Assembly (NCBI RefSeq): GCF_963921235.1
Contig: NC_086097.1
Coordinates: 197,224,001 to 197,288,000, forward strand
Source of the DNA: Mobula hypostoma
Lineage: Eukaryota
DNA length: 64,000 bases
Direction of reading: 5' to 3'
The translations under genes and the position numbers were made by a program. The notes beneath the pieces were generated by a model. That model ran no database searches. It was given only the letters and a program-made list of their open reading frames with translations, and had not been told where the DNA came from. Positions 12,481 through 24,375 of this stretch are shown here, piece after piece (positions within the stretch are counted from its first letter, which is position 1; every line of letters starts with the position of its first letter).

Positions 12481-14925
12481 TGTAATACAAGAGTGCTGAA
12501 CATGAAGTACAGCTATTATCAGATGTAGCATTGTTTTTACTTGTCATAGTCCCAAAACTTAAAAAGAACTGCTTTCTCTATCTAACCATTGCTGTAAATA
12601 TAAACAGTAGTACCCTTGGGTTATACAGCTTCTCCAGACTCCTATGTTGTTAATGCAAAGGACATCAAATTTATTTGCTTTTCTATTTATTGTATCTATG
12701 AAATACTGTACAGAAATACCTGTACCACTGCCTTTTCATCATTTGGACAACTGTTAGGTGTATTGAGTAATTTGCATTTTCTCTCATCAGCCCCTTGTCC
12801 CACTCACTCTTCTACACATGGTCTATGCTTCCGTTTTGAGTTGTCTTTTGATCACATTAAGTATGACACAAGATGAATGCAACCTTCTGCTGTAGAATTG
12901 TTTCTTGATCTGTAAGTTAAACAGATTTGTTTGGAATTTGCACGAAAGTAGTTGGTCAATCTTCTGCATTAATCTATTCCTGTTAGATAACAGGAAACAG
13001 GTTGGATCTGTGCTGTAAAGATAGAATATAATTTTCCTGGATTCCTGTTCAGCCAATTGGTATAATATGCCAAATGAAAAATGAAGCCTTCTCAAAAGTG
13101 CCTACTTGATACATCATTGTCTAATATTGATGTTGTTGACATAGGAAAACTGAGGTTACATTACCTTCTATGGATTTGTTGAAGGCATGAGAAGAAACGT
13201 TCAATAATGAACAAAACCCTGCTTTGTGGGGTAATCAGCCCAAGTTGCCAGTTAAAGCAATATGAGATTGTTCAACTTGAAATAAATTGAGCAACGTGTA
13301 CAATTTTCAGACATCAAATTGCAATGTTTATTTACTGCTATTAATATATCTTGAAGTGCTTCAATTTGTTATGTTGAAAGCAGACCTATGATTTCTGGAT
13401 AGATTTAGATTTTTCATTGCTTTTACGGTTATGTTAAATGTCTTTGTCATCTAATTATTTTGGCAAATAAACTGAAGAATGGAATGCCTCAGTAACAGAC
13501 TTGGAAATTGATGAAAACTTTTTGGGCCTTATCCTTTGTAATTCATCATTTTTAGGTAACTGTAATTTGAATGGATTCTGCAGAGATTTTCTCAATTAGT
13601 TGCATCCTCAGGTTTTTTTTTCCAACAGGGATCAGGACTTTAAGATCTTTAATGTCAGCATCTGTATTTGACACAAAAATTTCCTTCAGTGGAGAAAGGA
13701 AGCCTGTCTGCCTGCTGGTGTAGTTAATTTTTCCATCAATATGATGTGCTTCACCCAGATCTGCCTGCTATTTTATTTCTTTATAACACTTTTTCCACTT
13801 TTACAGTTTGCTCGGCGTTCAGTTATTGCCGTTTATGTGCAGGTACAATTTGTAAATTTTAATGCTTTTGGCCCTTTTTCCCCCTGCGTGACCTCCTTCC
13901 TCATTGTTTTTTTTAATCCCTCTTTAGCATCTAAGCTCGGGCTTGCTGCCTTTGGTACTTGCTGCCTTTGGCTGCTTGTCTTGATCGCTGCTTGTCTGTT
14001 GCCTTGCTGTTTAACAGCAAGGCAGGCACCTGTTACCTGCATTCTTTCCTCCTCTTTCCCAGCTCCCCTATGATCTTTTCCAGTGAAATTATTTGAAGTA
14101 TTTTTGCAAGATGCATTATTATTTTGCTTCAAAGTGGAGGAATAAAATGGCTTGAAGATGACTTTATTGGTCATTTTAATTGTGAGATGGCCTTTTCTGA
14201 ACATTTTTGCTCATTGTCAGAAGCCACTATTTTTTTTAGCCAAGTCACTGTGGAAACATTATCCTACTTGCCCCTTCTGCAGGAACTGCAGATCAAAATG
14301 TAACATTGACTGAATATTTGTAAGTATGTATTTTGGGTAATATTAATTGTTTTACTTATCCATCCCTCATGCATTTAAAAATTCGGAGCTGAGTGAAATT
14401 TTCCTTGCAGTGAGCCAATGACCTGATATTTTAAAAAGAAAATATTGTACTTTATAATGTATTACAACAGGCATGTTTACACTTTTTCAGTGACAGAAGT
14501 TAGCAAGTAATATACAGTAGTTTAAACAGTAGAACTTCACTAGGAAATGATTTGGGATTTTTCAAATCATTTTACATGCACTGTCCAGGAAATTTCCATT
14601 CAGCCGTGATCTTAGTGCAAACTTCTGTGCAGTGTTTATATAATTAATGCGTTGGTGCTCAGTTAATATTTGAAACAAAATGCAATTCTGCTTTCCAGAA
14701 AGAAGTGTTCTTTATATATTAAAAAAAACTTGCATAGCATTCCAATCAGGTAATGAAGCACCAAGGAGTTAAAATTTACCTGGAGTATTCTAAGTGAGGT
14801 AACAAATGCAGGAAGCTAGGTAGTTCTAAGTTGTTACCTTTTGGTGCATTGAGCAGATGAAATGACTGTATTTTTATATACAAGTGTGCAAAGGGAGTGA
14901 AAGAGAATTGTTTGTTCACTTCTAG

Positions 14926-14952
14926 GGGCACAGGAAGTTCTCATTGATCCAG
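14926..14952 (+). CDS. TRAPPC9: TRAPPC9 27-nt microexon (phase 1-1): (G)AQEVLIDP(G)
   Basis: Acceptor ttctag|GG and donor CAG|gtaccg. The peptide GAQEVLIDPG matches the recalled TRAPPC9 sequence. Confidence 0.92.
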
Positions 14953-17068
14953 GTACCGTATGTCTTTGCTTTATTACCTTTCAAGTACTGTGTATTTTAA
15001 AAATTCTTGGTCTGCTTTTGTTTTTCTGTTAATGGTGAGAAACTTGCTTCTGAATGCTTTGCTGAACTTTTATCTCAGTCTCTATGAAGCAAACAACACA
15101 ATCAGAAACATTAATATTTGGAAACAATACTTTGTGCATGATGTGTTGTGCTAATATGCTTGCACAATCTCAGAATTGGGGAATAATTAACAATGTATCA
15201 AGATTAGTTCAAGAGAAAACAATATGCGTACTTATAGACCTACCAGAAGCGAATATGTCAGACTTTGTGTTGACTGCATTTGAGGCTTTTTGGAAAATTT
15301 TGCAGAAAATCAAAATTCATAAGATGTACTGAATACAAATAAGGATGCTGGTTTTGATCATCTGTTCAAGAAAGAAAGAGAAACCTGAAACTTATTGCAA
15401 GGGGCACTGTGTTTAGATTTTAATGTGGTTGATAGTGCAAAATTACTTTGGAATTGGGGTAGTTAAAGCATAAGTGTTACCTGATCAGATAAGAGCAAAC
15501 ATGTGGCATCTGGAAACCTTATTTTGTTCCTAATTTCTTTTATGACTGCCTTCATTTGGGGGTGAAAATATTTAGCTCTTAAAGTTGATACACATTCCCT
15601 TTTTGATCAATCTATTTTCATTGTGAAAATGCAGATATTAGAGTGACCAGTGCTTCAGGTGATAATTATTGTAAGAAGAATCTTTGGTGCAAATGATATG
15701 TGAAAGGAATAACGAACATGATTAAAATGTATTAAACATTTATGTGTGTCATGAGAAAGAAGGGCAAATGCTCCTCACACTCAATTTCAGAGTGAGTATT
15801 TATGATAGAGTAGGAGATGGGAACTTGTGGGGATCAAGATTCATATTTATTTATCATGTGAATATCAAAGCATAGAGTGAAATGTCATTTGCATGAACGA
15901 TCAACAGACCCAAAAATGTGCTGGAGGCAACCTGCAGGTGTTGCCACACATTCTGGAGCAAATATTACTTGGCAGAACAAGGTAGAACACGATAAAACCA
16001 AACATACCAAACAGCAAAACAAGCCCTGTTCTTCCCTGCCTCCCACCTATCCACCACATAAACATAGTCCTGCAATCCTCGGGCAAACTGTCTTTGGCTT
16101 CCAGCCTCTGGTGAGCTGACTTGGTCTTGCTTTGACTTCTCCAAAGGGCTAGCATATTCACAGATTTAGTGGATCTGGCCATCGGGCCTTGACTTCATGA
16201 CTTCTGATCCACCCTTGGATCTCAGTCCTTGGCATCAGACCGAAGACTTGCTGATTACTGAACATGAAGCCTCAAATTTGGTACTTGCTGAATCGCATAC
16301 CAGAGGATGATCTAAGCTTGTTCCTCCTGGTTGCATGGAACTAAGACTTAAGAACCTGTTGACAACTCTCTAACCCTGGTGGGAGCCCTTGTCCGTGCTG
16401 GTCAGTTGGCCTGATGTTGTACAAGGATGATCCTTGTCTCACATCTGCTTCACTCGCCTTTGAATGTAGAGCAGAGACATGGACACCTACCTCTGCCTTT
16501 CTGTTCCAAAAGCATAGCCTGACCTCCTAACTCCCTTGTTGCCCCCAAACCATCTCTATGAACTTAAAAATAACTATTTAAAAAAAAAAGCAAGTAAATC
16601 TGAGCTGCACTTTGACAGAGACTGCAGCTCAGCATCATCTTGAATGAGCTTGAACCAGGATGACCAAGGTTCCAGAACTAAACGAATGCAGGCTTGAAGG
16701 ACATGTTGCAAAGCAAATAAAGAAATTAATAACTGGTAGTTGGGTATATCCCAGACTTGAACAGACAGGTTTAAGACTAGGACAAGGTGATTGACAGATA
16801 TAGGCACATGTACTGTAGAACAAAATGGGATTCCACAGCATTATGTTAGGAAACCTCCATTTTCGATCTTGGGTTAACCATTTATGTGAGGATCAGTATT
16901 ACCTTTCATTGAGTTGAATAGGTGTTTCCTATCCAGAAGATTGGGGAAGGGGATGGTGGGTGGCGGTAATTGGGCAGACAAGTTGTTTGTTTAGTGATTT
17001 CTTTATCTCTGGATTTTATTCTTTCTTTAAATTTTCGTAACTTTAATAGTTATGTCCTTGAATATCAG

Positions 17069-17910
17069 GCAACACACAAAATACTGGAGGAACTCAGCAG
17101 GTCAGGCAGCACCTATGCAAATGAATAATTAGTTGATGTTTCCAGCCATGTGCCTTCTTCGGTACTGGAAAGGATGGGGGAAGACGTCAGAATAAAAAGA
17201 GGGGGAAGGGGAAGGAGGACTAGCTCAAAGGTGAATAGGTGAAATCAGGTGTTGGAGAAAAGGGCTGGAGAAGAAGTGATATAATAGGAGAGGAGAGTGG
17301 ACCATGGGAGAAAGGAAAGAAGGAGAGGCATCAGGAGGTGGTGACAGTTAGATGAGGAGAAGAGGTAAGAGGCCAGACTGGGGAATAAAAGGGAAGGGTG
17401 AGGTGAAAAAGAGGGAAATCTAACGTTTATGCCATCAGGTTGGAGGCTATTTGGACAGAATATGAAGTATTACTCCTCCACCCTGAGCATGGTATTTGTG
17501 GCAAAAGAGGAGGCTGTGAATTTGTTGGAGTGGGGATCGGAATGGTTGGGCACTGGGAAATTCTGCTTTTGGCAGATGGGGCAGAGGTGCTTGACAAAGC
17601 AGTTCCCCAAATTATGTTGGGCGTCAGGATGCATCAGGAGCATTGGTTACAATAAATAACCGCAACAGATTCACAGGTGAAATGTTGACTCACTTGGAGG
17701 TACAGTTTGTGGCCCTGAATGGAGGTAAGTTAGGTGAATGGGCATGTGTAGCATTTCTGTCACTTGCATGGATTTCTGCTAGGAGGGGGATTAGAGGGGA
17801 TGGACGAATGGACAAGGGAATCATAGGGAGTGATTCCTGCAGAAGGTGGACAGTGGGGTGTGGGTGAAAGATAAATATATGTTTGGTGTTAGGATCCCGT
17901 TGACGATGCC
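17069..17910 (-). mobile_element. Older Penelope-like element 3' fragment (pLTR + decayed GIY-YIG region)
   Basis: Diverged homology to 3030-3990, for example atgccatcaggttggaggcta and ggccctgaatgg. Confidence 0.8.
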
Positions 17911-18073
17911 AGAAGCTGGGTTGGATGTGGCCTCCTCAAGAGCTGGTCAAATTGTTCTTGTGGGTAGAACCTCAAGCATACTTAAAGCTCTTGAAGCTGC
18001 TGAGGCCACATTATTAGTTTTTGAATACTTGGGAATTGTGGGTCATATTGCTTGACACTCTGCATGAGTGCAA

Positions 18074-18149
18074 TGTCATATACCCCGTGATGGGAATAAA
18101 GAACCAGCAGAGACGGAAAACACTTTGGAGTCCAATATATGTGTGTATG

Positions 18150-18191
<42 letters not shown>

Positions 18192-19028
18192 TGTGTGTGT
18201 GTATTTATTTATTTATATATCAGTATGTGTAGAAATATATGTATGAAAAACCAAGCCTTTTTAAGTCTAGGGGTAAAAAAGATACAGTCTTACGATGATG
18301 AGTAAAGTTCAGTTCAGTTCATGGTATTGAGCTGGTGATGGAGAGAGGGAGAGTTTTGAGTCTTCAGGTGAGCTGACGCCGTCGATCTCCTCGTTGTCCT
18401 TTGAAATCCTTTAAAAGTCACTGACTGTGACTTTAACAAAGGGGACTGGTTTCCCGTGGTGGAGCTGCCCCCCAGGTGAGGTTGGACACATGGACAACTC
18501 CCCACCAGTCAAGCCCTTTCCTCTTTCCACTGCAAGAGCAACTGATCGATCCTCCAAAACCCACTTTTCCTGCAGGCACAACAATGCTCATTCAGTGTCC
18601 AGAACATGTGTCTGAGGTCTATCATCTGACCACCTATTTTATCTTCTCATGCAGAGCATCAACTGTCATTCAAATAACTCCTCCTTCCTCTCTTTGTGAA
18701 GAAATGCAAGCAGGCAAAAGTCCTTGAGAAGTGTCAACAACCTGCCAAAAATCATAACAGTGTCCATTAAATAACGCCCTCGGTCACCATAGCAAGTTAC
18801 GAGCTGCTCGATGCTGTCTCCAACTCAGCAGAAATCCAAAAGTTACTTCCAGTTCTTTCTCGTTCCTTAAAGTGACAGTCCACAGTTAGTCTTCGTCTCT
18901 CTCTCTCTCTCTCTCTCTGTCTTTTACGAACAAGTTGTTGGTGTTAAATAACTCTCTCTCTTTTCAAAAGTACAGTTAATGGGGGTCATCGAGCACAGTT
19001 CATAGGGGTAATTCAGGACCCCGTCACA
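18074..19028. mobile_element. Solo LTR (Gypsy-type), 955 bp, 4-bp TSD GCAA
   Basis: Ends gcaa|TGTCA and TCACA|gcaa. Shares motifs with the LTR at 44136. Contains (TG)n(TA)n and (TC)n microsatellites. Confidence 0.85.
18140..18203. repeat. (TG)n/(TA)n microsatellite
   Basis: Direct reading of the sequence. Confidence 0.9.
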
Positions 19029-21154
19029 GCAAGCAAAGTTTTGATAGGTAGTGTTCATTGAGGGGTTGTGGAACTGAAATAAATTGGAAATGGGGGAAGC
19101 AAGAGAATTATGAAGCCTTTCTTTGAACAGAGATCTGAGTTATGTTGCGAAATGTAGCATTTTGAATGTGTTTGAATTGATGCATGGAACCTGGGAGGCC
19201 AACTTAGAAAGAATAATTCTTTTTATGTGCCTGTTCAGACATCTTTCTAAACATGTAAAAGGATCTAGTGCCTTTCGGGGATCATCAGAAGATGACAGTT
19301 TGCCATCAAAACATCGATTATAACTGATACCTATACCTGACTTGAACCCGAGAAGAGTTTATTTGACCTTTTAAACATTGCTATCATCTCTACTCTCCCA
19401 ACTCTTCTTTCTCTTTCCCACCTTGGGAATTTGTTTCTTCTGCATTCTTGTGTAATTCAAGTCTCCTTTTAATACTTGAACTCATTTCATAACTCTAATG
19501 ATCTAGTCATTAACTTTAAAGATATTCTTCTATAATTGTTCATGTGAAGGGTTATGTAGTTAATTTTCTTTTTTTTATACCAAAAATGTTTGTCTTGTAA
19601 AACTACTGGTAGGCATAATTGCATAGGTTGTTCTCGTATTTCAAACATTTCTACTTCTAGTTCATTTTTGTATTCTGTGATTCATTTTACAGTATTAAAT
19701 AACCAGTGTTTGGTCAAGTTTGTTTTTAAACTATTGTATAAAGGATGCTATTGGGTTGGAAGACTGAAGTTAGATCTTGTTAGGAGTTGTTGAATAACCT
19801 TAAGTTTTGAGGGGGAAAAAGCAAACTTCCATTATTCATGATTTTTGTAGATCCAAGGTGAATGTAGTGTTAACAGATAACTCTGACTTTCTCATCACAT
19901 TGTTAAAGATATAGCTTACAAAGTGCATAAATAAGGAACTGGTATAGTTTCAAGCCAAAGAAAAGTGGGCATATGTATTTGACTCTTGGATTATTGGATG
20001 TGGGCCAGAAAGCTGCAGCTGGGATCGAAATAGGAATAGATGCCTCAAAGTTTTAAAACAGCTCTTTATTTTCAGCAGCAGTAATTTTGTATGAAGGCCT
20101 TGGAGAACAGTTCAATTCAAAACTTCTCATGTTTCAAGCAGCAGATATTATGTTTATTAGATGCATTCAACTAGATTTTATTGGAGTTGAGATTGACCTT
20201 TGCTGCATCACCCCTTTGCTAAAAATCTCCAGAATCGATTAACAGAAGGGTCAACTGTTTCAGTGAAGTCTGTTGTAAAATTCAGATGTATTATACATAA
20301 GCATTTTATATTTTTTTTCTTACTGCAAACATGGATAAATAGATGTTATGTGACCACTTCCTCACCTTAGCAAAAAGAATGTAAAGAGAATTTGCAAGTC
20401 TGGAAAAAATATTTTTAGCTCAAGAATAATTTCCAGTAAATTTATCACCTTCAGACTTGATCTACTTATTAAGGTAAATAAGGGCTGGGGTGTCATTCAG
20501 TTATATAGAATGAAAGTAATTCCAGAGATTTTTTTTTATTGTTCAGGTGCAAGAATATCCCAAAGGAATCTATGAAAAGAATTCTTGGGGTAGATGTGCA
20601 TTGCTTGTTGGGGGTTGCAGCAGGCTGCAAAGTAAATGGGAAGCTTTACAAATAGATTGCATAAGAAAGGAAGTTGTATGAATTTTAAAAGACAATGTTT
20701 TGGTCATGAGCATTGTCCAGTCATATTTGTGGCATCATACTTTGGGGAGGGGGGCGGAAATGTAAAAGGCAGAGAAACTGTAAAAGATGGGTTGCTCTTG
20801 GAAAAGGAGGTTGTGATATCTTACAAAAGTATTTAAAATTGTGAAGGGTGTAAAAGACAGAAACAGGATCAAAAATTAGCGATGTGAATTATTGGTAATG
20901 GAACCAAAAAATACAGGAGAGAAAAGTTGTGAATGCAAATTGAGTAAGATTAGGAATGCATTGTCAGTGGGTGCAGATGTGAAGGCAGATTCAGTCGAAG
21001 AGAAATGAACAGAGAACAGTAGAGAACGTGGGAGTGGGTGGGGCCAACTGTATTGCTTCTTCATGAAGTTGACTGGAAAGAGGTCAGTTAGCCCATTGTG
21101 CTATATACTGTGTCTGCGAACACTTCGTAGATTGAAATTTTGTATGTGTAAGTA

Positions 21155-22781
21155 CAGGTTTTCCCCCGCCATCCGAAGGTGGAGTGTTCCTATGAAACGG
21201 TTCGTAAGCCGAAATGTCATAAAGCAAAGAAGCAATTACCATTTATTTATATGGGAAAATTTTGTGAGCTTTCGCAGACCCAAAAATAACCTACCAAATC
21301 ATGCCAAGTAACACATAACCTAAAATAACAGTAACATATAGTAAAAGCAGGAATGATATGATAAATACACAGCCTATATAAAGTAGAAATACTTCTCTAC
21401 GATTGCCTGCACAGATCTCCGTAGTGAAAATCTCACGCAAGCGCTCTCGGCAGAAAATCTCACGCAAGCGCTGTTGGCATAAACGCGCTCTCCAGTAAAC
21501 TTTAAATTATGAAGCTGCCAAATCTACCTAATAACACTTAAAAATACACAGCCTATATAAAGTAGAAATAATGTATGTACAGTGTAGTATCACGGGAATT
21601 GAGAAGACATCGAGCACACTGATGATGGTGTGTTAGACTGAGTCGTTGCAGGTTGGGGTGGTGCAGTGGCCCCCACCCTCCAGGCCGCGGACTGATACAT
21701 TGCCGCGAAGCACGCAGGGGTAGCTGGGAGGCACACAGCACATCTTTAAGAAAAAAGCCGAAATAAATATGCTAATTAATTAGGTGTTGCCCGGCACGTA
21801 AATGTCGGCGCAGATCAGAGGCGATTGCCGATTGCATCGGCACTGATCTGGGCCGACGATTACGTGCTAGGCGGCACCTAATTAATTAGCATGTTTATTT
21901 CGGCTTTTTTCTTAAAGATGTGCTGTGTGCCTCCCGGCTACTGCTGCATTCTCCATGAATCGGTACAGTATCTGTCCGGGGCTCGGGGTTTGGGGTGGTG
22001 GGACACGGGGGTGTCATCTCATCGTCGATCAGGGCAGGCAGCTCATCTTCTCCTATGACTGCCTGCCTCGATGTCGAAGGTCGAGGTTTGTCGTCTGCTG
22101 TGGCTGATGTGGAAGGCTTGCTTGACTGCTGAGCCTCGAGCATTTTTCTATCACACAGTTCTTTGTAAGGACTCAAAACATCCTGCAAATATCCCCTAAA
22201 CCAACGTACCCTTTCAAAATTAAAGTTGTACTTTATCATTGCCGTGAAAATCTCGCGCAGTTGCTTCACCTTCAGTTCATGGACGACTTCACTTTCGGTC
22301 TGCTCGCGACTGCATTCGGTTTTGATTGTTATCCTTTCCTCTTCCAATTGCATCAGCTCTTCATCTATCAGTTCTTGGTCATGGGATGCCAAAACCTCTT
22401 CAATATCATCTTCGTCAATTTCCACAAGCCCAACTCACTTTGTCCTTGCTTCATTCACCACGATCAAAATGCTTAATTATGCCTAATTTTACGCTAAGTG
22501 TAACACCCTTACGAGCTCTCTCAGGCTTTTCGGACACCTTAGAACTCATCTTGCAAACGGCTGCTCACAGGCTCGTGTTTAATCAATGCTGTTCCAAATC
22601 CGGGGGAGAGCGGCTGCTCAGGGTGCGCGCTGCCTTTTATCGCGCGCTGATTTTTTATCGTGCGCTGCCTTTCTTCGTAACAGCGAAAAAAAACCTTCTG
22701 AAAGCGAAAACGGTACTAATGTAGGTCTTTCATAACAGTGAGGTTTCGTAAAGTGAACGTTCGAAAAGCGGGGGACACCTG
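21155..22781 (-). mobile_element. Tigger/pogo-like non-autonomous DNA transposon, TA TSD
   Basis: Ends TA|caggttttcccccgc and gcgggggacacctg|TA. Minus ORF EIDEDDIEEVLASHDQELIDEELMQLEEER resembles a Tigger transposase C-terminus. Confidence 0.88.
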
Positions 22782-22949
22782 TAATGCCTTTTCTGGTTCT
22801 TCTACAAAACCCAAAAGTAGTTTTTAGTGTTTACCTGTCCTATGGTCCATGATGAAATTCTTAGAATTTTTCCACAATTGCCATTAAAGTCACTAATTTG
22901 TGTGATTTCTTTGCTTTTGACAAAACTTTTTTAAGCTTCTAAAATCTGA

Positions 22950-23105
22950 CTGGTGCTCTACAGTATTTCAGCTCAGGACATTGGCGTTCAATTCCTGCAA
23001 GGATCCTCTCTTTTTGTCCTCCCTGTGAAATGTGTGGGTTTTCCCCAGGTACTCTGGATTCCTCCCACAGTTTAAAGACATATTGGCTAGGTTAATTGGT
23101 CACTT
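22950..23105 (+). mobile_element. V-SINE fragment
   Basis: gggttttccccaggtactctggattcctcccacagtttaaagac...aggttaattggtc. Confidence 0.6.
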
Positions 23106-23947
23106 GAACATGGATTCCATATCATCATAGTATTGCTAGTGGATGAGAGCTCCTTTGTAGTTATTATATTGTTTGTTTAAACTGGTACACTAACTCAACA
23201 TAACTGGGATTTTGTTTAAGTTCAGCAACCTGGATCAAAAATTGTAGAACGTACATCTTAGCAGTAGTATTCACTGTGGATTTCAGGGGAACAAAGCACA
23301 GAGCAAAGGTGTTGTTGGTTGCCATTGGCCATCTCTTTCAATGCTTTAAAAGCAGATCTGTTGTAAACAATCAGAGACGTTAAATTTCTACACAAGATTT
23401 ATTGTTTCAGAATTGATATCCGTTCCTACCGGTAGTACTTTCTGCTTTGCAGCTTTATTAAAATGCATTTAATTGATTTTAATGTACAATATACTGACAT
23501 GACAAACAGTACTGTCAGTTGGGGATGAAATTTTGAAGCTTGAAAATTGTTTTCTGTTTATTCAATGTGTAGTACATACTGTATCTCTGAAATGATTTAC
23601 TTGTAGCTATGAAGTATTGTTTGCTGTTTGAGCAGAATTATCAGGTTGTAGACAAAGATTCAGAATGCCATATTTATTCCTGAAACAACTCTGGAATATG
23701 CACCTAGGCCCTAGATGCATACTATATAACTCAAGGATATTTGATTCTAGCTACCTAGTTATTGGAGATTTTGCTTATTTATTTTGAGACCATCTTTCAT
23801 GATTGGACTGAGAGTCTGATGCTGTGAATCTCAGCTTGATATCTTGCATACAATGTGAGTTATTCTACCCAGGTTTTAGAGGTTTATGGTCTGAGTAGTC
23901 ATGTGTTCCTGGTGCGATTGTTAAAAAGGCATGCAAACTGCATGCTT

Positions 23948-24245
23948 CACACATAAAAGTTGCTGGTGAATGCAGCAGGCCAGGCAGCATCTTTTGGAAG
24001 AGGTACAGTTGACGTTTTGGGACGAGACCCTTCATCAGGACTCAATGAAAGAAGAGCGAGTAAGAGATTTGAAAGTGGATCTCTTACCAGCTCTTCTTTC
24101 AGTTAGTCCTGACAAAGGGTCTCGGCCCGAAACGTCGACTGTTCCTCTTCCTAGAGATGCTGCCTGGCCTGCTGTGTTCACCAACAACTTTTATGTGTGT
24201 TGCTTGAAATTCCAGCATCTGCAGATTTCTTCGTGTTTGCGTTTT
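23948..24245. mobile_element. Palindromic Penelope pLTR-only mini-insertion with two decayed hammerheads, 14-bp TSD
   Basis: Inverted arms around about 24070. TSD caaactgcatgctt at 23934-23947 and 24246-24259. Confidence 0.9.
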
Positions 24246-24375
24246 CAAACTGCATGCTTTATCATTTTCCCCTCTCTCTGCTCTTGTGGGCTTTGTGGAT
24301 GACGACCTTAAAGTATCATTTCTTTCACAACAGTATTGTGATGCTGAATAGGATCTTTGTAGCTTGTGCATGTGT

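Noticed and set aside
13629..13723. Possible exon after ttttccaacag
   Set aside because: The acceptor is good, but there is no convincing in-phase donor and the frame hits TAG. Too weak to call.
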